Source: an uncultured delta proteobacterium (GTDB lineage Bacteria > Desulfobacterota > Binatia > UBA9968). From it: a stretch of DNA of 64,000 bases. The position numbers and the translations under genes were made by a program. The notes under the pieces are model-generated. The model ran no database searches. It was not told where the DNA came from and worked only from the letters and a program-made list of their open reading frames with translations. Below, piece after piece: positions 49,129 to 58,690 of this stretch; position 1 is the first letter of the stretch, and every line of letters starts with the position of its first letter. The DNA lies in the NCBI GenBank assembly GCA_963760795.1, contig CAVXEP010000021.1, positions 1 through 64,000 on the forward strand, in the 5' to 3' direction.

Positions 49129-49980
49129 TTAATGACGTTTCAGAAATTCCAAGATCGGCGGATGGCCCTTCTCCGGCATCTCCCGCAAGTAGCCATGCCG
49201 GCCGCCTTCGACTAGATGCAATTGGGCGCCGGGAATCTTCGCCGCCAGCACCCGCGCCGACGCGACATGATCGCCCGTGCCGCCTTCGTGGGTATCTTTG
49301 CTGCCGACGATGACCAGCGTCGGCGCCTTGATGTTGTGAATCAGGTGCGTGGTCTCATGGCATTGGCGCGCCACCACATGGCGCAGATAGCATTTTAACG
49401 GCGGCACTTCATCGACGATCAAGTCCTGGTATTGCTTCACCACATCCGGGTGCTCTTTCATGAAACTCTCGCTGAACATGAAACCCGGTCCCCAGTGATC
49501 GCTCTGGTATTTTTCATAACCCTTTTCGATCATCTCCAGCGCCGCATCCATCGGCACACCGCGCGGATAGTCGAGAGACTCGTCATATTTCCCCGAGCCC
49601 GGCCCGGAAAGCACCAGGCTGCGGACTTTTTCCGGATACTTGAGAGCCACCCACTGCAGCACCCGCGCGCCCATGGAGTGCCCCAACATATGCGCCCGCG
49701 GGATGCCGAGGGCGTCCATCAATCCGGCACAGTCCTTGGCGAATAATTCAGTGGAATACGGCATATCCGGCTTGTCGCTGCGGCCCAGACCGCGATGATC
49801 GTAAATCACCACTTGATAATGCTTGGCGAACTCCGGCACCTGCGACACCCGCCAGGGCGCGCAGCTGATCCCGGTGCCGGCGACAAACACCAAGGGATCG
49901 CCCTGGCCATAAATCTCGTAGTAGAGATTGACATCGTCGACCTTGACCTTGCCGCTCTTGACTGGTTTCAACTGCTCCAT
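49129..49980 (-). CDS. Alpha/beta hydrolase
   Basis: YDHRGLGRS, LGHSMG, GSKD and GGRHG. Confidence 0.9.
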   Translation of the reverse strand: MEQLKPVKSGKVKVDDVNLYYEIYGQGDPLVFVAGTGISCAPWRVSQVPEFAKHYQVVIYDHRGLGRSDKPDMPYSTELFAKDCAGLMDALGIPRAHMLGHSMGARVLQWVALKYPEKVRSLVLSGPGSGKYDESLDYPRGVPMDAALEMIEKGYEKYQSDHWGPGFMFSESFMKEHPDVVKQYQDLIVDEVPPLKCYLRHVVARQCHETTHLIHNIKAPTLVIVGSKDTHEGGTGDHVASARVLAAKIPGAQLHLVEGGRHGYLREMPEKGHPPILEFLKRH

Positions 49981-50159
49981 CCCGGCCTCCAAACTACGTC
50001 ATTTAGTCGCCGTGACGCTATCGAATCAGCTAGTTAGAGTCAATATGATTTGCCCGTGAAAGCGTAATAAGAATCCTCACTTGACAGATTCACAGCGCGC
50101 TGGGATAAGGATGGCGCGGAGTCCAATCGGCAGGCGAGAAAAACCTCGGAGGGTCAGTG

Positions 50160-51230
50160 ATGCAATGCTATTTTGCGGTTTTGTTCGCCATGGCGGTATT
50201 GAGCAGCTCAGCTCCAGCAGCTTATTCGGGCGCTGCCCCGGAAAGCGCCGGACAGATCCTCGCCCGTTTGAACAAGTTGCCCGCCGAGCAGCGCCAGAAG
50301 CAACTCATCGAGAAGGCCAAAGCCGAGGGCGAAGTCGCTTTCTATAGCTCGCTTCAAGCGCAACAGATCGAGCCGTTTATCCGGGTTTTTCAAAAACGCT
50401 ATCCATTCATCAAGGTCAATCCCTACCGCGTCTCCGGCAACCGCCAGGTGATCAAGATCCAGACCGAGATGAACGGCGGCAATCACCTATTCGACGTCAC
50501 CAATGGCTCCGCCGAGCAGGCTTCGGCAATCAAAAAGATCGGCGCCATCGATCCCTATTTCTCGCCGCAGCGCGATTTCTACAATCCACCCAATCGCGAC
50601 AAAGACGGTTTCTTCGCTTCGCTCTACGTCATTCCCATCGTACTCGGCTATAACACCAACATGGTCAAGCGCCAGGACGTCCCCAAGTCCTACGACGAGC
50701 TGCTCCAGCCCAAGTGGAAAAGCAACATGTTTCTCGACGACGAAGCCTACGAGTGGTCCGCAGTGTTGCAAAAACATATGGGCCGGGACAAGGCGATGCA
50801 ATATATGCGCGCGCTGGCCAAGCAGGATTTAAGACTCATGCGCGGGCGCACCGCGCAGAGCCAACTCCTGGGCGCCGGGGAGCGCCCCATCGCCATCGTG
50901 CTGTCGGGCCACACGGTGCTCGACATGAAGGCACGCGGCGCGCCCATCGACCAAGTGATTCTCGATCCCTACTTCGCCCAGGCCAATAAACTCATGCTGG
51001 CGCGCCACGCGCCCCATCCCCACGCCGCCGCGCTGTTCTACGACTGGGCGCTTTCGGAAGAGGGCCAATCGATGATCACCAGCTTTGGCCGCGTGATCGC
51101 GCGCAAAGGCGTCAAGCAAAGATTTCCCGAGTTGGTGGAAAAAGAATCCTTTCTCGTCGACGTCGACTTCATCGGGCCGATCATGGAGCAGACCGGCAAG
51201 GAGTTCAGCCAAATTTTCCTGGGCCGATAA
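50160..51230 (+). CDS. Extracellular solute-binding protein (AfuA-like)
   Basis: AKAEGEV, LGYNT and APHPHAAALFYDWALSEEGQ. Confidence 0.9.
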   Translation: MQCYFAVLFAMAVLSSSAPAAYSGAAPESAGQILARLNKLPAEQRQKQLIEKAKAEGEVAFYSSLQAQQIEPFIRVFQKRYPFIKVNPYRVSGNRQVIKIQTEMNGGNHLFDVTNGSAEQASAIKKIGAIDPYFSPQRDFYNPPNRDKDGFFASLYVIPIVLGYNTNMVKRQDVPKSYDELLQPKWKSNMFLDDEAYEWSAVLQKHMGRDKAMQYMRALAKQDLRLMRGRTAQSQLLGAGERPIAIVLSGHTVLDMKARGAPIDQVILDPYFAQANKLMLARHAPHPHAAALFYDWALSEEGQSMITSFGRVIARKGVKQRFPELVEKESFLVDVDFIGPIMEQTGKEFSQIFLGR

Positions 51231-51261
51231 TCTCTCACGCATAGCTAAGGGGCTAGCGATA

Positions 51262-52332
51262 ATGAATAGACTGTTTTTAGTATTACTCGCGCTGTTACCG
51301 ATCGCTATCCACACGACAGCGCCATTCGCCGGCGCAGCTGTTGAAACCGCCGGTCAGATTCTCGCCCGGCTCAGCAAACTTGCACCGGAGCAACGACAGG
51401 CGCTGCTCATGGAAAAGGCCAAAGCCGAAGGCGAAGTTAATTTTTACAGCACGCTGCAAGCCCAACAGATCGAACCGTTCTTGCAGGTCTTCCGCAAGCG
51501 TTACCCGTTCGTCAAACCGGTGCCCACAAGGGTGTCCGGCAACCGCCAGTTGGTGCGAATCCAAAGCGAATTCAACTCAGGCGCGCATATCGTCGATGTC
51601 GCCAACGGCTCGCCCGAGTTGGCGGCGGGACTGAGAAAACTTGGCATCATCGATCCCTACCATTCGCCGCAGCGCGACTTCTATGTCGCGCCGAGCAAAG
51701 ACAAAGACGGCTACTTCACGTCGTTCTACGTCATGCCCATCGTCCTCGGTTACAATTCCCAGCAGGTCAAGCGCGCCGACGCGCCGAAGAATTACGAAGA
51801 GCTGGCCCAACCAAAATGGAAAGGCAACGTCATGCTCGACGACGAAGCCTACGAATGGTTCGCCGTCATGCTTAGACACTTGGGGCGAGAAAAAGGCTTG
51901 CAATACATGCGCGCCATGGCCAAACAAGACCTGCGCATGGTGCGGGGAAGAACCGCACAAAGCCAACTGCTCGCCGCCGGTGAACGGGCCATCGCCATCA
52001 ACGTCTCCGGCCCGACGACGTTGGATCTCAAAGCCCGCGGCGCACCGGTGGACCAAGTGATCGTCGATCCCTATTTCTCCCAGCCCAACAAAATGGTCTT
52101 GGCGCGCCACGCGCCCCATCCCCACGCCGCGGCACTGTTCATCGATTGGGCGCTGTCCGAAGAAGGCCAATCCACCGTTACAACCTTCGGCCGCGTCTCC
52201 GCCCGCAAAGGCGTCAAACAGCGCTTCCCCGAGTTGATGGAAAAGGAAATCTTTCACGCCGACGTCGAGTTCATCGGCCCGATCATGGAGCAGACCACCA
52301 AAGAGTTCGGCCAAATCTTCTTGGGACGGTGA
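51262..52332 (+). CDS. Extracellular solute-binding protein, tandem paralog of 50160
   Basis: Collinear with and highly similar to the preceding ORF. Confidence 0.9.
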   Translation: MNRLFLVLLALLPIAIHTTAPFAGAAVETAGQILARLSKLAPEQRQALLMEKAKAEGEVNFYSTLQAQQIEPFLQVFRKRYPFVKPVPTRVSGNRQLVRIQSEFNSGAHIVDVANGSPELAAGLRKLGIIDPYHSPQRDFYVAPSKDKDGYFTSFYVMPIVLGYNSQQVKRADAPKNYEELAQPKWKGNVMLDDEAYEWFAVMLRHLGREKGLQYMRAMAKQDLRMVRGRTAQSQLLAAGERAIAINVSGPTTLDLKARGAPVDQVIVDPYFSQPNKMVLARHAPHPHAAALFIDWALSEEGQSTVTTFGRVSARKGVKQRFPELMEKEIFHADVEFIGPIMEQTTKEFGQIFLGR

Positions 52333-52340
52333 ACTAGCTT

Positions 52341-53045
52341 CTAGAATTCAGAGCAGAAAACGCCCAGTTTCACCCGTTGCTGGAACCACAGCAGGCAAGG
52401 ATACGCCGCAATCCAGATCCAGAGAAAACGATTCAGACCGAAGACGCAACCATTGACCAGGTGAAAGAGCGCCGCGACAGCCAATGCTCCTTGCAGATAC
52501 GTCGCATCGAGCAGAGCGAGCGGGAAAAGCATTTCAAACAGCATCAGTATCCATGATAGTCCAAGCAGAAGTGCCGGTCTCTTGGCCAAGGAACGGATGC
52601 TCTCGCTGACTGGATACACCGAGAATTCAAAAACGTCTTTCAGTGCTTGCCCACTGCGCCAATCCGGGTTGGACAATTTAATCCCACCGGAGATGGCATA
52701 GGACAACACGAGTTGAACCGATAGATATCCCAGTGCGATTTCTTGCCACTGCCGAGTCGGCGCGAGATGCGACATCAACAAACAGAACAGCAGCAGTAGG
52801 CTCATGCGGTCGCTGCCGCCGTTATACGGCCCCTGAAAGCGATATAGGATTGCCATACCGAACAGCAGGAGTAACGCTTCGATGATGGGTGGTTGGACGC
52901 CGGCGATCAGCAAGAGCGCCAGCACGATACGCGGTATATACAGCCATCGTTCGTTCGCCGGCGCGATCAGATGCTCGGCGCCTTGCTGGAGAAAAGCGCA
53001 ACCCATGAGGATTTCACTCCAGCGCAGCGCAACGTCAAAATTCAT
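52341..53045 (-). CDS. HTTM-domain membrane protein
   Basis: YNGGSDRM, QLVLSYAISGGIKLSNPDWRSG, FEMLFPL and FHLVNGCVFGLNRF. Confidence 0.8.
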   Translation of the reverse strand: MNFDVALRWSEILMGCAFLQQGAEHLIAPANERWLYIPRIVLALLLIAGVQPPIIEALLLLFGMAILYRFQGPYNGGSDRMSLLLLFCLLMSHLAPTRQWQEIALGYLSVQLVLSYAISGGIKLSNPDWRSGQALKDVFEFSVYPVSESIRSLAKRPALLLGLSWILMLFEMLFPLALLDATYLQGALAVAALFHLVNGCVFGLNRFLWIWIAAYPCLLWFQQRVKLGVFCSEF

Positions 53046-53491
53046 ACCGCGTCGTTCCTGCCGGTGGCGTCGAGCCGACGCGCCGAGGAGACAAAGCCGA
53101 CGCGCCGGGAGATCTGCCCGTCTTCCCGCTTGAGCACCACGATGCGGAACCTCAGATAAGTCGAACCTGTGACTTTGTCGCCTGTTTCACCGCGTGCAAC
53201 CGTGGCGGCGATCCGCGTCAGCAACTCAACTTCGCGCCGGATGGACGGGTCATCGAGCAGCTTCTCCGCACAGCTCACCATAAATAAAGATTCGTTCCAG
53301 ATGGGATTCCACAGCAATCTTCGCAGCATGGCAGCGACCGGCAAATGAACCGGCCGCGGACGAAACTCTTGCCACCGCATGGCCGGATCGTCCACTCGAG
53401 CGAAGACGGCGAACTCGATGCGTGGCGAAGGAGCGATATAATCGAAAAACCGCCAGGAGGGAATCAATGCCGGGAGCAAGTGACGGAACAT
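53042..53491 (-). CDS. Hypothetical protein coupled to the HTTM gene
   Basis: ATGA overlap with the HTTM start; LIPSWRFFD and RLLWNP motifs. Confidence 0.65.
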   Translation of the reverse strand: MFRHLLPALIPSWRFFDYIAPSPRIEFAVFARVDDPAMRWQEFRPRPVHLPVAAMLRRLLWNPIWNESLFMVSCAEKLLDDPSIRREVELLTRIAATVARGETGDKVTGSTYLRFRIVVLKREDGQISRRVGFVSSARRLDATGRNDAV

Positions 53492-53505
53492 GAGCCAAAC
53501 CGGTG

Positions 53506-54459
53506 TCAACGGGCTCCTTTGAGCATGCGAAAAACTCTTGCAGCGGCGGATACCCCAAGCAAAACCAGCAACCCGGCAAGCACGCCGCACATGATATCCA
53601 GCAGGTACGGCAGAATCGTTTCAAGTATTGCGCCTACCGCCGGAACCCCGCCGGCGCCATGGGCTACATGTTCTATCCACTCATGGGCGCCGGGGATGCC
53701 ATGGGTGAGGATGCCGCCGCCGACCATGAACATGGCGATGGTGCCGACGATCGATAGACTCTTCAGCAAGTAAGGCGCTAGCTGCACCAATAGTTCGCCA
53801 GCACCGCGCTGGAATTCGCGCCAGGGGCTATTGCCGATCTTCCGGCTCAAGTGCAGCCCGGCGTCGTCTAGCTTAACGATACCGGCGACGATGCCGTAGA
53901 CACCGACGGTCATGAGGATGGCGATGGCGCATAACACCGCGACTTGCTTGCCGAACGCCGCGGTCGCTACGGTGCCCAACGCGATCACAACGATCTCAGC
54001 GGACAGGATAAAGTCGGTGCGGATGGCGCCCTGGATTTTTTCTTTCTCGATGGCAACCATATCGACGGCTGGGTTGACCAGCGCATGCAAATGTTCTTTG
54101 TGATGCGCTTCTGCCGACGGGTCATGAATAAACTGGTGAGCGATCTTTTCGAATCCTTCGTAACACAGATAAGCGCCGCCGATCATCAACAGCGGCGTGA
54201 TCGCCCAGGGTATCAACGCGCTGATCGCCAGTGCCGCCGGCACGAGAATCACCTTATTCTTGAGCGATCCCTTGGCCACCGCCCAGACAACGGGCAGTTC
54301 GCGGTCGGTGCGCACACCCGCTACTTGATGGGCGTTGAGCGCCAGATCGTCGCCCAACACCCCGGCAGTCTTTTTCACGGCGACTTTGCTCATCACCGCG
54401 ACGTCGTCGAGGATCGACGCGATGTCGTCGATCAGAGCTAATAAACTACTTCCCGCCAC
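53506..54459 (-). CDS. DUF808 (YedI-like) inner membrane protein
   Basis: AGSSLLALIDDIA, KKTAGVLGDDLALNA, RELPVVWAVAKGS and AIRTDFILSAEI; GTG start with RBS. Confidence 0.9.
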   Translation of the reverse strand: MAGSSLLALIDDIASILDDVAVMSKVAVKKTAGVLGDDLALNAHQVAGVRTDRELPVVWAVAKGSLKNKVILVPAALAISALIPWAITPLLMIGGAYLCYEGFEKIAHQFIHDPSAEAHHKEHLHALVNPAVDMVAIEKEKIQGAIRTDFILSAEIVVIALGTVATAAFGKQVAVLCAIAILMTVGVYGIVAGIVKLDDAGLHLSRKIGNSPWREFQRGAGELLVQLAPYLLKSLSIVGTIAMFMVGGGILTHGIPGAHEWIEHVAHGAGGVPAVGAILETILPYLLDIMCGVLAGLLVLLGVSAAARVFRMLKGAR

Positions 54460-54494
54460 AAGTAACTCCCAGACTTTTATCGGCACATAAAAAG

Positions 54495-54517
54495 AGGGCG
54501 GGTTTCAAACCCGCCCT
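54495..54517. repeat. REP-like palindrome / possible terminator
   Basis: AGGGCGGGTTT-C-AAACCCGCCCT inverted repeat. Confidence 0.65.
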
Positions 54518-54549
54518 TTGTAATTAGATTTTTTTGCGGTCTTTGCGTT

Positions 54550-54750
54550 CTATGCGGCCAATCCCCGCTCGTTCAGTTCGTCGTATTGGGGAATCTGTTC
54601 GACGCAGTGGCGTCCCATGTTCATCTGAATCACGCCGCTGTTTGACGCGCTGACCACTTCGCAAAGTGCGAACAGTTCGTCATCGTCGGCTAGCCGGCTC
54701 GGCACCGGCAGGCCGTCTTCGCGCATATGCCGCTCGTTGCGGTTGGTCAA
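54550..54750 (-). pseudogene. Internal fragment of a D-aminoacylase-like amidohydrolase gene
   Basis: TNRNERHMREDGLPVPSRLADDDELFAL aligns with TNQNPRHIREDLKPVASRLASDEELGAL of 9809..11497. Confidence 0.75.
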
Positions 54751-54801
54751 GCGCTCTGATCGTCAATCTGGAATTTGTAGTCGGTAATGCACGGCGTACA
54801 A

Positions 54802-56394
54802 TCAAATGCCGCGCCATCCCGGTCCATACACCACTCGCCCCGGTCGTGCTCCAGTATGATGGCCATTATCTATAACAACTTGGCCGTTTACTAGCACGTA
54901 GGGAATCCCTTTCGGATACTGTTTGGGATTGTCGTAGGTCGCAGTGTCGGCCACCGTATCGGCATCGAACAGCACCACGTCGCCGCAAAATCCCTCGCGC
55001 AACAGGCCGCGATCCTTCAAGCCCAACACCTGCGCCGGTAACGAGGTCATCTTGCGCACCGCGTCTTCCAGCGTCAGGACGTTTTCATCCCGCATGTATT
55101 TTCCCAGGACCCGCGGATTGGTGCCGAAGCTGCGCGGGTGCGGCTTGCCGGGGAATTTTTGATTGAGCGCGCTCCCGTCCGAGCCGATCGACACCCAGGG
55201 CACGCGCATCACCGATTTGACATCGTCTTCGTTCATGGTGTGATGCACGCCGTGAATGAACACGCCCTCTTCGAAGATCAAATCGAAGCAGGCGCTGGTC
55301 GGATCTTGCTCGCGGATCTTGGCGATCTCGGCGATGGTCATGCCTTCGAATTTCTTTAACGGTTCAGTATCCAGACGCGCGGCAACGATGCCTTCCCACC
55401 CGCCATGCTCATCGACATACTGGTTGAACTCGCGGTCCTGCGTGACCCGTTCGCGAAACGCCGGACTTTTGAATTGGGAAATGGTCTCGCCCACCGGCCC
55501 ATCTTGCACCCAGCGCGGGAACAGCCGACGCCAAGGATGCTGCATCGCCGTGTAGGGATATTGATTGGCGGTAATTTCCAAACCTTCGCGGCGCGCCTCT
55601 TCGAGCTGGGCGATCACCTGGCGAATCCTACCCCAGTTCGCCTTGGCGCGCATTTTCAAGTGATAAACATGCACGGGAATCTGCGCGCCGCGCGCCACGC
55701 GAAGCATCTTGGCCAGCTCCTCCATCATGTCGTAGCCTTCGCTGCCGACATGGACGCCGTAGTAGCCGCCATAGCGCTTGGCGACCTTGGCCATCTCGAC
55801 CACTTCTTCGGTATTCTCCGGCCCCTTGGCATGCCATGCAGCGGTCAGACCCAACGCGCCTTCTTCCATCGCCTGGGCGACCAGGCGATTCATCTTTTCC
55901 TGTTCGACCACATTGGCCGGCCGTTCTTCAAAGCCGCAAACGACACGCTTTACCTGTTGTGGCGAGACACCGGATGCGACGTTGATCGAGATCCCACCGC
56001 GCAAGAGTTTTTCGAAATAGCCGGTGAAAGTCGTCCAGTCAGCTTCGATGCCATGCCGTTGGCGATGCTCGGCGCGGTACTCTTCGAGGATCGCGCCGTT
56101 TAGTGGCGCCACCGTTTGGCTTTCGCCGATAATATCCAGTGTCACGCCCTGGCGCACTTTACTCTCGGCGTTGCCGTCAGCGACCAGCGGCTGATCGCTG
56201 TGGGTATGCATGTCGATGTAGCCGGGCGTGACGACTAACCCTTTCGCCGAAATCGCCCGCGCGCCGGCTTCGGGGCTAATCTTGCCGATGCTGGCGATCT
56301 TGCCATCTTTGATCGCCACGTCGCCGTAAAACCATGGGTTGCCCGTGCCGTCGACGATTCTGCCACCGTGGATCACGATATCGAATGTAGCCAT
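54802..56394 (-). CDS. D-aminoacylase family amidohydrolase
   Basis: GGRIVDGTGNPW, PGYIDMHTHSD, YPYTA, SIGSDG, PHPRSFGT and AVRKMTSLPA. Confidence 0.92.
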   Translation of the reverse strand: MATFDIVIHGGRIVDGTGNPWFYGDVAIKDGKIASIGKISPEAGARAISAKGLVVTPGYIDMHTHSDQPLVADGNAESKVRQGVTLDIIGESQTVAPLNGAILEEYRAEHRQRHGIEADWTTFTGYFEKLLRGGISINVASGVSPQQVKRVVCGFEERPANVVEQEKMNRLVAQAMEEGALGLTAAWHAKGPENTEEVVEMAKVAKRYGGYYGVHVGSEGYDMMEELAKMLRVARGAQIPVHVYHLKMRAKANWGRIRQVIAQLEEARREGLEITANQYPYTAMQHPWRRLFPRWVQDGPVGETISQFKSPAFRERVTQDREFNQYVDEHGGWEGIVAARLDTEPLKKFEGMTIAEIAKIREQDPTSACFDLIFEEGVFIHGVHHTMNEDDVKSVMRVPWVSIGSDGSALNQKFPGKPHPRSFGTNPRVLGKYMRDENVLTLEDAVRKMTSLPAQVLGLKDRGLLREGFCGDVVLFDADTVADTATYDNPKQYPKGIPYVLVNGQVVIDNGHHTGARPGRVVYGPGWRGI

Positions 56395-56537
56395 AGGATC
56401 TCCTCACATCGCGTCTATGGGCGCCCTATATCACCGCGCTGCGAGGACAACAAGATCATTGGCGCCGATTCACAATGTTTTAAACGACGAGACATAGCCG
56501 GTTGCCATATGTTAATAGAAAGTCAGCAGGAGGATCG

Positions 56538-57071
56538 ATGATTCGCCCGGAATTCAGAAAAATCTTACTCGACCAACGCGGCGCCGCGGTCATACTGTGG
56601 AGCTTCTTTGCGATCTCGATTCCGATTTATCTGGTGATTGCGCGCCAGCTCCTCGGCAATCCAAGTCTCGGCACCAACCCAGCGATCGCCGAACCGTCGC
56701 GCATCATCTTTTGGATTTTGACTGTGGTGGATCTGGGATACTACGGCTATTGGCGCAAGAAAAATCTCACGCCTCAAGCGATCCGGCGCGATGCCCGCCA
56801 GACCAAACTGTTTCGCGCCGTGGCAGAATTCAACGGTGTCGACGAGCAGAACGCTGCATACATGGTATCGACTTACATCACGCGTAAAGTCGTCATCTTC
56901 GCGATTATCGAAGCGATCGCGGTCTATGGTTTTGTTCTAGCGTTTCTCGGCCGCTACATTGGCGACCAGATCGCCTTGTCGCTCTTGAGTTTGCTCCTGC
57001 TCGCCGTGGAATTCCCTGGGCAAAAATCTCTCGATGGTTTGATCGACGCCGTGGAAAAGCCGGCGAGTTAA
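56538..57071 (+). CDS. Hypothetical 4-TM membrane protein
   Basis: AGGAGG RBS; four hydrophobic stretches. Confidence 0.7.
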   Translation: MIRPEFRKILLDQRGAAVILWSFFAISIPIYLVIARQLLGNPSLGTNPAIAEPSRIIFWILTVVDLGYYGYWRKKNLTPQAIRRDARQTKLFRAVAEFNGVDEQNAAYMVSTYITRKVVIFAIIEAIAVYGFVLAFLGRYIGDQIALSLLSLLLLAVEFPGQKSLDGLIDAVEKPAS

Positions 57072-57078
57072 GCGTTCT

Positions 57079-57765
57079 TCACTCGTCGATGCGCCATTTG
57101 CCGCGCTTGCTGGGATGGCGTAGCGCGGCTTGCAGCTGTTTCAGAAAGACGCGCCGGGACAGCTCCTTCGCACCTAGGCGCAGCATATGGTCGGTGGTCA
57201 TCTGCGAGTCGATGAACCGGAAGCCCCAGCTTTTCAATTTCTCGACCAACGTCGCCAACGCCACCTTCGAAGCATCGGTGTGGCGATGAAACATCGACTC
57301 GCCGAAAAACGCTTTACCCAAGGACACACCGTATAGCCCGCCGACCAATTCGCCGTCGAACCAGGTCTCCACGGAATGGGCGTAGCCCAGACCATGCAGT
57401 TGGACATAGGCGGCTTGCATCTCCGGTGTGATCCAAGTGCCCTTCTGGCCCTCTCGCGGCACGGCGGCGCAAGCGGCGATAACCTCTTCGAAAACCCGGT
57501 CCAGGGTTACTTTGAACACGGCCTTGCGCAGGGTCTTGGCCAAGCTGCGCGAAAGTTTGAAATCGTCCAGCTCTAATGTCAGACGCGGGTCCGGCGACCA
57601 CCAAAGGATCGGCTGATCCTCGGAGTACCAGGGGAAAATGCCCAGGCGGTAGGCCGCCAGCAGCCGGTCGCTGGACAGATCTCCACCCACCGCCAGCAAG
57701 CCGCTGGGATCGGCATAATCCGGCGGTGGGAAGACTAGGTCGTCAACAAGGCGAAATATCGGCAT
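57079..57765 (-). CDS. aat: Leucyl/phenylalanyl-tRNA--protein transferase
   Basis: GLLAVGGDL, AYRLGIFPW, ILWWSPDPR, AHSVE, GGLYGV, FFGESMF and DASKVA. Confidence 0.96.
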   Translation of the reverse strand: MPIFRLVDDLVFPPPDYADPSGLLAVGGDLSSDRLLAAYRLGIFPWYSEDQPILWWSPDPRLTLELDDFKLSRSLAKTLRKAVFKVTLDRVFEEVIAACAAVPREGQKGTWITPEMQAAYVQLHGLGYAHSVETWFDGELVGGLYGVSLGKAFFGESMFHRHTDASKVALATLVEKLKSWGFRFIDSQMTTDHMLRLGAKELSRRVFLKQLQAALRHPSKRGKWRIDE

Positions 57766-57881
57766 AAGCGTGACTCTGATTCGCTGCTATTGTAACTCGA
57801 AGCGGCTAATTTTTCACGTTGGCGCATTATCCTTGCTTTCACCGCGGCGAACAGCCTATGCTTCGGACCGAGGGTAAAGCC

Positions 57882-58250
57882 ATGTTCAAGCGCATCGACC
57901 ATGTTGCCATTCATGTCGCCGATCTTGACCGTTCGGTGGCATTCTACGAACGACATTTTGGTTTTAAACATTATTTTCGCCAGACCGGTAGCGGCGGCCT
58001 GCAGATTGGATATCTAAAATTGGGCGATACGGTGCTTGAACTGACGCACCACAGCGATGGGGTGATGGCCGGTTTCCATTTCTGCCTGGAGACCGACAGT
58101 TTTGATCAGACGGTCGAGCAGCTGCAGCGCGATGGCGTCAAACTCTTGCGCGCGCCCCATGATACCGCCGCCCGCGAACCGCGGGAAAACGGCTGGCGCC
58201 GGGTCGTCTTCGCCGGCCCGGACGGAGAACAGATCGAGTTGCGGGGATAA
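57882..58250 (+). CDS. VOC/glyoxalase family protein
   Basis: IDHVAIHVADL, FHFCLE and GPDGEQIEL. Confidence 0.88.
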   Translation: MFKRIDHVAIHVADLDRSVAFYERHFGFKHYFRQTGSGGLQIGYLKLGDTVLELTHHSDGVMAGFHFCLETDSFDQTVEQLQRDGVKLLRAPHDTAAREPRENGWRRVVFAGPDGEQIELRG

Positions 58251-58252
58251 AG

Positions 58253-58303
58253 AAGGCATGAGGCAAAAGGCACGAGAAACGAATCCAAATGCCTGCCTCA
58301 CGC
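58253..58303. repeat. Degenerate heptamer array with an inverted arm
   Basis: AGGCATG AGGCAAA AGGCACG ... TGCCTGCCTCA. Confidence 0.45.
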
Positions 58304-58316
58304 TTAGGAGTCGACG

Positions 58317-58622
58317 ATGTCCAACGAAAATAAAACCCTCCAAGTTACCTGCCCCTGCTGCGACGCGCTGTTGACCATTGACCCCATCCTCGTTGCGGTG
58401 CTCGATCATAAGACGCCGGTGCGGCCGCAGATGGCGGTGAATTTGAAAGACGCCGTGAACCAGGTCAAAGGAGAAGCCGGCCGGCGCGACGAAAAATTCA
58501 AACAGTTTGCCGAGGCCGAGAAAAACAAATCGAAAGTTTTAGAAGCAAAGTTTCAAGAACTGTTCAAAAAAGCCAAAGACGAACCGCTCACCAAACCGCT
58601 GAAAGATATCGATCTCGATTAG
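58317..58622 (+). CDS. Hypothetical protein, N-terminal CPCC knuckle plus charged helical C-terminus
   Basis: AGGAG RBS; VTCPCC; Lys/Glu-rich helix ending DIDLD. Confidence 0.75.
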   Translation: MSNENKTLQVTCPCCDALLTIDPILVAVLDHKTPVRPQMAVNLKDAVNQVKGEAGRRDEKFKQFAEAEKNKSKVLEAKFQELFKKAKDEPLTKPLKDIDLD

Positions 58623-58690
58623 TCGGATCGCTCACCCGCGCAAGTTCGAATTGGCAAATTGGCCAATCGAATTCATCGCATCATCGTCGG

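Noticed and set aside
57079-57765. aat without adjacent clpS/clpA
   Set aside because: The linkage is common but not obligatory, and nothing else is unusual in the sequence.
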